Origin: an uncultured Chloroflexia bacterium
GTDB lineage: Bacteria; Chloroflexota; Limnocylindria; Limnocylindrales; CSP1-4
Direction: 5' to 3'
Assembly: GCA_963729175.1 (NCBI GenBank)
Contig: CAVSMY010000010.1
Location: forward strand, 264,291-328,290
Length of the DNA: 64,000 nucleotides
The notes below the pieces were generated by a model. The model saw nothing but the letters and a program-made list of their open reading frames with translations. It did not search any database and had not been told where the DNA came from. Of the stretch, positions 58,516 to 64,000 are shown piece by piece. Every line of letters starts with the position of its first letter. Position 1 is the stretch's first letter. A program made the translations under genes and the position numbers.

Positions 58516-59340
58516 GTGACGCAGAAGCGGGCCGGGTCGGGCGAGCGGCGGGCCGGGTCGAGCGAGCAGCGGGCCGGGTCGGGCGAGCGGCGACCCGAGA
58601 CGGCGAGCGACGTCGACCTTCCGTGGTGGCCGGCCGATCGAGGCCGCGTCGAACGGACCCCCCTGACTCGGGACCAGATCGTCCAGGCCGCCATCAGGCT
58701 GCTCGACACCGAGGACCTCGAAGCTCTCTCGATGCGGCGCCTCGGCCAGGAGCTCGGGTCCGGCGCGACGTCGCTCTACTGGCACGTCAAGAGCAAGGAC
58801 GAGCTCCTCGACCTCGTGATGGATGAGATCCTCGGCGAGGTCGGGGGCGAACTCGCCATCGACGATCACGCTCCCTGGCAGGAGCAGGTCGCGGAGGCCG
58901 CCCGCGCATTCCGCCGCACGATCCTCCGTCATCGAGGCGCGGCGATCCTGCTGGGGACGCGGGTCACGATCGGGCCGAAGACGCTGGCGGTGAGCGAGCG
59001 GGCCGTCGGGATCTTCCGGATGGCGGGATTCGACGGCCAGGGGCTCGTCCTCGCCTTCCAGACGGTCATCAACTTCGCCACCGGTTCGGCGGTGTTCGAG
59101 ACGCGTGGTCCGTCGGGTCCGATGGTCGAGGACCTCTCGAACGACGAGCTGGCGGACCTGATGGGCGAGCTGCTCGCCGGCCTCCCGCCCGCCCAGTTCC
59201 CGAACCTTGTCGCCCTGGCCGGGGGTGTCCCGGGCATCACCGACGAGATGCAGTTCGAGTACGGCCTGGCCCGGATCATCGACGGTCTCGAGGCCGAGTT
59301 GCGGCGCGAACGACGGAAGCGGCGCGATGGCGGCCGCTGA
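58516..59340 (+). CDS. TetR-family transcriptional regulator (divergent from the DHA2 MFS gene)
   Basis: HTH LSMRRLGQELGSGATSLYWHVKSKDELL. The 5' region carries 3 copies of a 21-bp tandem repeat (58521-58585, encoding RAGSGER), so the true start may be downstream. Confidence 0.8.
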   Translation: MTQKRAGSGERRAGSSEQRAGSGERRPETASDVDLPWWPADRGRVERTPLTRDQIVQAAIRLLDTEDLEALSMRRLGQELGSGATSLYWHVKSKDELLDLVMDEILGEVGGELAIDDHAPWQEQVAEAARAFRRTILRHRGAAILLGTRVTIGPKTLAVSERAVGIFRMAGFDGQGLVLAFQTVINFATGSAVFETRGPSGPMVEDLSNDELADLMGELLAGLPPAQFPNLVALAGGVPGITDEMQFEYGLARIIDGLEAELRRERRKRRDGGR

Positions 59341-60070
59341 TCCCGTCGCCGTCGGCAGCGGGCGGGGGCCAGGGCCGACAGGGGCGGCGGATCGCGGGGA
59401 TGCGGCGGCTGGCGAACGTGCGCCGGATCCGTTCCCGTGGGATGGCTTCGGGGCCCTGGTCCGGCGGACGCCGCGCTATCTCAAGCTGGCCTGGCTCCTC
59501 GCCGGGGAGCCCGCGGTCCCCCGCACCAGGCGGGCCGCCGTCATCGCTGCGGCCGCCTATCTCGCCTCGCCGGTCGACCTCGTGCCCGGGATCATCCCGG
59601 TCGTCGGCCAGCTCGACGACCTCGCGATCGCGATGCTGGCGCTCCGCGCGGCGCTCCGCTCGCTTGACGAGCCGACGCGGACCCGGGTCCTGACCGAGGC
59701 GGACATCGGGCGCGACGACCTCGACGCCGACATCGGCACCATCGGCGCGGCGGCCGGCTGGCTGCTCCGGCGCGGCGTCCGGGTCACGCTCCGACTCGCC
59801 CGTCTCGCGATGGCCGCGGCGGTGGCGGCGGGGCGGGTCGGGGTCCGCGTCGGCGGCTCGGCCGGGCGGGCCGCCGTCCGGGGTGGCGTCGTCGTCGCGC
59901 GGCGCGGCTCGGCGATCGCGGGTGACGCTGGTCGAGCGGGGATCGGCGCGACGACCTCGACCGCGGGACGTGCGGCGCGGGGCACGGGACTCAGGGTCGG
60001 CACGGTCCGCGATGCGGTCCGCGGCCGTCTGGTCAGCCGGCCGCCGGTGGACCCGCCAGCGCCAGCTTGA
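59327..60070 (+). CDS. DUF1232 (YkvA-like) membrane protein
   Basis: YLKLAWLLAGEPAVPRTRRAAVIAAAAYLASPVDLVPGIIPVVGQLDDLAIAMLALR. Overlaps the tetR stop by 14 nt. Confidence 0.65.
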   Translation: MAAADPVAVGSGRGPGPTGAADRGDAAAGERAPDPFPWDGFGALVRRTPRYLKLAWLLAGEPAVPRTRRAAVIAAAAYLASPVDLVPGIIPVVGQLDDLAIAMLALRAALRSLDEPTRTRVLTEADIGRDDLDADIGTIGAAAGWLLRRGVRVTLRLARLAMAAAVAAGRVGVRVGGSAGRAAVRGGVVVARRGSAIAGDAGRAGIGATTSTAGRAARGTGLRVGTVRDAVRGRLVSRPPVDPPAPA

Positions 60071-61370
60071 TCAGCTGCCGCTCGAGCGCCTGCGGCTCGA
60101 GCCGGCTCTGGTTCGTCAGGATGACGACCGAGATCTGCTGCACGGGCAGCCAGCGCATCTGGTTCTTGAAGCCGACGAACGAGCCGCTGTGGCCGTAGGT
60201 GACGACCTTGTCGTACTTCACGTACTGGACTCCCAGGCCGTAGCGGGTCTTGGGGTGGAACTGGTCGACCCGCTTCACGTCGGCGATCTGGGCCTTGACC
60301 AACGCCTTCGGATAGACCTGGCCCGTGTAGAGCGCCTGGGCCCAGCGGGCGACGTCCTCGGCCGTGGAGGCGATCGCGCCGGCCGAGCCGGCCGCGGTCA
60401 CGACCGAGGTGAACGGCGTCAGCGGATCGTTCCCGCCGAGCGGGGTCTTGGTCGTCGAGGCCGGCGGGCCGGTCACGCGATGGCCGCGGACGACCGGGCC
60501 GGGGGGCCGCTCGGCACCCTGGACGTACGTGTGGGTCAGGCCGAGCGGGTCGAGCAGTCGCTGCCGGACCAGGGTCGCCCAGGGGATGCCGGTCACCCGC
60601 TCGACGAGCTGGCCGAGATAGACGTAGCCGGTGTTCGAGTACCGCCAGAAGGTGTCGGGATGGACGCGATCCTTCCAGCCGAAGGCGAGCGCGTCGTCGA
60701 CGGTCCAGACCTTGTGGGTGTCCGAGTTCAGGGCGGGCTCGATGCCAGCCACCCGGAACATGTCGGGCAAGCCGCTGGTGTGGTCGAGCAGGTGGCGGAC
60801 GGTCATCTTGGGGTCGAGCCTGGCCTCCGGCAGGAGCGGCGCGACGAGCTGGTCCAGGCCGAGCTTGCCCTCGTCGACGAGCTGGAGGACCAGGGCTGCG
60901 GTGAAGGTCTTGGTGATGCTCGCGAGTGCGAACTCCGACGACGTCGTCACCGGCGCGCCGGTCGCTGCGTCGGCCACCCCGAACGCCCCGACCCAGACTC
61001 GACCGTCGGGCCAGATGACGGCCGCGCTCACGCCGGGCGAGCCGGTGGTCTTCAGCCAGGCCCGGGCGGCGGCGTCGAGGGCCGCGTCGGCGACGTGGAC
61101 GGAGCCGGATCCCTGGCCGACGCCCGGGTCGGGTGACGTTCCGGGCGATCCGCTGCCCGGTGACCCGGACGGGGACGGCCGCGTCGAGGGGGCATCCAGG
61201 ATCGCGGGGCTCGCGGACGCGCCGGGGCCGGTGATGCCTGCGACGGAGGCCTGCGGGGACGGGCTCGGGGCCGGACTGCCGGTCGCCGAGGTCAAGGCGA
61301 CGCGGGCGGTCCCGGCAAGGAACGCCGCTGCGAGCACGACGACGACGACGGGGGCGACGAGCCGGCGCAC
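60033..61370 (-). CDS. Secreted serine hydrolase, beta-lactamase/DD-peptidase (class C-related) family
   Basis: Signal peptide, Pro/Ser/Gly linker, SITKTFTA (SxxK), YSNTGY (YxN), HSG. Confidence 0.8.
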   Translation of the reverse strand: MRRLVAPVVVVVLAAAFLAGTARVALTSATGSPAPSPSPQASVAGITGPGASASPAILDAPSTRPSPSGSPGSGSPGTSPDPGVGQGSGSVHVADAALDAAARAWLKTTGSPGVSAAVIWPDGRVWVGAFGVADAATGAPVTTSSEFALASITKTFTAALVLQLVDEGKLGLDQLVAPLLPEARLDPKMTVRHLLDHTSGLPDMFRVAGIEPALNSDTHKVWTVDDALAFGWKDRVHPDTFWRYSNTGYVYLGQLVERVTGIPWATLVRQRLLDPLGLTHTYVQGAERPPGPVVRGHRVTGPPASTTKTPLGGNDPLTPFTSVVTAAGSAGAIASTAEDVARWAQALYTGQVYPKALVKAQIADVKRVDQFHPKTRYGLGVQYVKYDKVVTYGHSGSFVGFKNQMRWLPVQQISVVILTNQSRLEPQALERQLIKLALAGPPAAG

Positions 61371-61429
61371 CGACGGAGTGTACGGCCTCGAGCGGTCGCA
61401 GCGGCCGGGACTCGAGTACGCTGTCCCCG

Positions 61430-62716
61430 ATGCCCCCTGATCACCCCCCGACGGGCGCCGACCTCCTGCGCGCGGTCGGTCTGCTCGCCGACGGTCCCGT
61501 CGCCTGGGATCGGCCGGTCCCGCTCGCGGGACCAGGTGTCTACACGATCGAGCTGGCCAACCCGCTGCCGAGCGCGCCGATCGAGCTGAGCCGGGTCGGG
61601 AAGTGGATCGAGCGGGTCCCGATGCTCCGGCTCGACGGCATCCGGCCGACCTCGAAGGCGCTCGACGCCCGGCTCGCGTCGTACTGGATCCCGGGTCAGG
61701 TCGTGGTGTTCATCGGATCGGCGGCGACGTCCGTCGGTGGCCGCGTGCAGGGACTCCGGGCCACCGTCCTCGGCGATCGCAAGCCCTACGCCGGCGCCCA
61801 GTGGCTCGCGACGCTGCGCGATCTGTCCCGGGCCCGGATCTGGTTCGCCGCGACCGACGCGCCCGAGGAGTACGAGGACGCGCTGCTGTCGGCGTTCGCC
61901 GAGGGGGTGCCACCGGAGGTCTCCGCCCGCACGCGCGACCCGCGACTGCTGCTGCCGTGGGCGGTGCTCCGACGTCCGACCGGCGAGCGTCGCGAGCACG
62001 GGATCAGTGGCGCGTTCCTGCCCGAGCCGGTCACCCGACCGACGCCCACGACCACACTGCGCGACGTCCCGCCCGCCGAGCCCGACCCGACTGCGCCGTC
62101 CCTCGGCGGCGTCCGGGCGCCGCGATCCGCGTCGACGCGAGCGGCCGGCGGATCCTCGGCCTCGGCTCCGGGCGGACGGACGTCATCGGGGACGTCGCGC
62201 TCGGGTGGTCGGCGGACCTCGGCGGCGGCCGGTGGTCCATCCGTCGCCCCGTCCGAGCTGTCGGCCGAGGGCAAGGCCCGGCTCGAGGCCGAGCTCGACG
62301 AGCTCCGGACCGTCCAGCGACCGGCGGCGATCGCCCGGGTGGCGACGGCCCGCGAACACGGTGATCTGAAGGAGAACGCCGAGTACCACGCCGCGCGCGA
62401 GGAGCTGGGGTTCATCGAGGGCCGGATCCAGGCCCTCGAGGCGCGGCTGCGCAACGCGGTGATCATCGATGCGGCCGGCAGCGTGACCGCGATGCTGGGC
62501 TCGACGGTCGTCGTCGAGATCGTCGACGAGATCAGCGAGCCGGAGCAGGTGACGTACCAGCTCGTCAGCTCGGCCGAGGCACGGCCGGCGGCGGGTCGGC
62601 TGTCGACGAGCTCGCCGGTCGGACAGGCGCTGCTCGGGCGGTCGGCCGGCGACGTCGCCATCGTCCGCACCCCGTCCGGCGACGACGTCCACTACCGGAT
62701 CGTGGAGGTCCGCTGA
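61430..62716 (+). CDS. GreA/GreB-family transcription elongation factor fused to a ~260-aa N-terminal extension
   Basis: C-terminal ~160 aa: LSAEGKARLEAELDELRTVQRPAAIARVATAREHGDLKENAEYHAAREELGFIEGRIQALEARL..., then an FKBP-like C-domain. N-terminal region has no recognised domain (YTIELANPLPSAPIELSRVGKWIERVP...), then a disordered linker. Confidence 0.65.
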   Translation: MPPDHPPTGADLLRAVGLLADGPVAWDRPVPLAGPGVYTIELANPLPSAPIELSRVGKWIERVPMLRLDGIRPTSKALDARLASYWIPGQVVVFIGSAATSVGGRVQGLRATVLGDRKPYAGAQWLATLRDLSRARIWFAATDAPEEYEDALLSAFAEGVPPEVSARTRDPRLLLPWAVLRRPTGERREHGISGAFLPEPVTRPTPTTTLRDVPPAEPDPTAPSLGGVRAPRSASTRAAGGSSASAPGGRTSSGTSRSGGRRTSAAAGGPSVAPSELSAEGKARLEAELDELRTVQRPAAIARVATAREHGDLKENAEYHAAREELGFIEGRIQALEARLRNAVIIDAAGSVTAMLGSTVVVEIVDEISEPEQVTYQLVSSAEARPAAGRLSTSSPVGQALLGRSAGDVAIVRTPSGDDVHYRIVEVR

Positions 62717-63058
62717 CCGTCCTCGGGCGTCACGGCGGCGCGCGGCGGATCGGACGCAGGCGCCGGGGCGGCGGGCCCGAGCGGGCACGCGGGCCCACGC
62801 ACGCGAAACGTGCGAGTGAGTGCACCAGACGCGAATGCCACGAGCCAGTCGTTCTGCTCCCGCATCGACTCGCACGCATCGCATGCGATCCGGCATCGGA
62901 GCGGGCGGTCGGCACGCAGTCGGGCCCTTGCCGAGTGTGGACATGCACGGGTGCCGTGCACTTGGCCTGGAAGACGGCGAGGAGTAGACGGCGAAGCCGC
63001 CACCGGGTGATCGAAGTCCGGTGGCGGCTCGTCGTGGGAGGGTCCCGCAGTCGCCCGG
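62717..63058. other. Structured 340-bp intergenic region between convergent genes (multiple palindromes)
   Basis: CGCACG-cgaaa-CGTGCG, the 12-bp palindrome ATCGCATGCGAT, GCACGG-gtg-CCGTGC, CCACCGG-N11-CCGGTGG. Confidence 0.3.
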
Positions 63059-63751
63059 CTAGGCGGCGTCCTCGACGATCCGGTGCTCGACCGCCCACAG
63101 GGCGGCCTGCGTCCGGCTCTGGAGGCCGAGCTTGCCGAGGATGTTCGAGACGTAGGTCCGGGCGGTCCGCTCGGTGATGAACAGGACCGCGCCGATCTCC
63201 TTGTTGCTCATGCCCTGGCCGAGCAGTCGGATCACGTCGCGCTCGCGTTCGGTCAGGGGCTCGACCGGCTCGGGCTCGTGGCGGGCGCGCAGCCGCTGGG
63301 CGAGGAGCCGGGCGACCTGGCGATCGAGATGCATCTCGCCGTGGAACGCGTCGCGGACCGCGGCGGCGACCTCCTCGGCGTCGGCATCCTTCAGGACATA
63401 GCCCGTCGCGCCGGCCTCGAGGGCGGCCGTGACCTTCGACTCCTCGATGAACGACGTCATCGTCACGACCTCGGTCTCCGGCCGCTCCTCCTTGATCCGG
63501 CCGATCGCCGTGACGCCATCCATGACCGGCATCATCAGGTCCATCAGCACGACGTCCGGCTCGAGGCGACGGGTCATCGCCACGCCCTCGCTACCGTCCC
63601 CGGCCTCGCCGACCACCGCGATGTCGTCCTGGAGGTCAAAGAAGGCGCGCAGGCCCGACCGGACGACCTGATGGTCGTCGACGAGGAGGACCCGGATCCG
63701 TTCCGGCGGTCCCGCCTCGACGGGCTCGGCTCCGGCGATGGGCTCGGACAT
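63059..63751 (-). CDS. LuxR/NarL-family two-component response regulator
   Basis: Receiver (VLLVDDHQVVRSGL...DVVLMDLMMPVMDG) plus C-terminal LuxR HTH (LTERERDVIRLLGQGMSNKEIGAVLFITERTARTYVSNILGKLG). Confidence 0.9.
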   Translation of the reverse strand: MSEPIAGAEPVEAGPPERIRVLLVDDHQVVRSGLRAFFDLQDDIAVVGEAGDGSEGVAMTRRLEPDVVLMDLMMPVMDGVTAIGRIKEERPETEVVTMTSFIEESKVTAALEAGATGYVLKDADAEEVAAAVRDAFHGEMHLDRQVARLLAQRLRARHEPEPVEPLTERERDVIRLLGQGMSNKEIGAVLFITERTARTYVSNILGKLGLQSRTQAALWAVEHRIVEDAA

Positions 63752-64000
63752 CAGACAGCCTCCTGCATGGGACGCCCAGTCGGGGCATCGGCCAGCTCGA
63801 TGACGCGCTCGACGAGCGCCTGAGGAGCGAGGGACTTCGGGAGGAGGGCGTCGGCCCCGGTCGTCAGGAGCTCCAGCTCGAGCGACTCACCCCAGTCGAG
63901 GACGAGGACCCTGACGTCCGGCGTGCGGCGCCGGAGGACGGAGATAAGGGCCAGGCCGCCGTCGACGTCCGGCAGGCGCGGGTCGAGGACGACGACGTCG
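63751..64000 (-). CDS. Partial CDS (3' end) with a receiver-like domain; the upstream partner of the response regulator runs off the window
   Basis: ...DVVVLDPRLPDVDGGLALISVLRRRTPDVRVLVLDWGESLELELLTTGADALLPKSL...; its TGA overlaps the ATG of the LuxR regulator. Confidence 0.5.
   Translation of the reverse strand, partial: DVVVLDPRLPDVDGGLALISVLRRRTPDVRVLVLDWGESLELELLTTGADALLPKSLAPQALVERVIELADAPTGRPMQEAV

Overview
This is a high-GC (~70%+) actinobacterial-type chromosomal window with dense coding on both strands. I found no rRNA, tRNA, CRISPR array, transposase or integrase. I support about 60 CDSs. Housekeeping and metabolic genes include msrA, map, an aldehyde dehydrogenase with its DUF779 partner, a DEAD-box helicase, a class I/II aminotransferase, an ABC1/UbiB kinase, a GcvT-like aminomethyltransferase with an FAD oxidoreductase, and a PAC2-family protein. 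Transporters include a marR–ABC exporter pair and three MFS genes. Regulators include TetR (two), ArsR (two), MarR, WYL, and a LuxR-type response regulator. There is a resistance-like module: a Tet(M)/OtrA-type ribosomal-protection GTPase flanked by two VOC/glyoxalase genes, plus an APH-family phosphotransferase and two class-C-type serine hydrolases. The accessory-looking loci worth a second look are: (i) a translationally coupled HipA/PI3K-like kinase and DUF3037 pair, followed by a YpfJ-type zinc peptidase and a WYL regulator whose upstream region carries a palindromic site and a RecA-NDp-like (PafBC-type) promoter layout; (ii) a sensor GGDEF-like gene cut off after its first conserved block by a Pro/Ser-rich repeat expansion and bracketed by tandem and dispersed repeats; (iii) a 1084-aa zinc-ribbon/adenylyl-cyclase/AAA/TPR STAND protein, plus a frameshifted class III cyclase pseudogene that contains a C15/G15 homopolymer; (iv) a GreA-like factor with a ~260-aa N-terminal extension; (v) a ~95-bp msrA 3'-end duplication bracketing a VOC gene. 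Several genes carry apparent single-base frameshifts (MFS, α/β-hydrolase, cyclase, a small hypothetical, and the DEAD-box start region). These indicate either pseudogenes or sequence errors. Coordinates come from the ORF track and from hand-counting the sequence, so expect a few nucleotides of error on starts.
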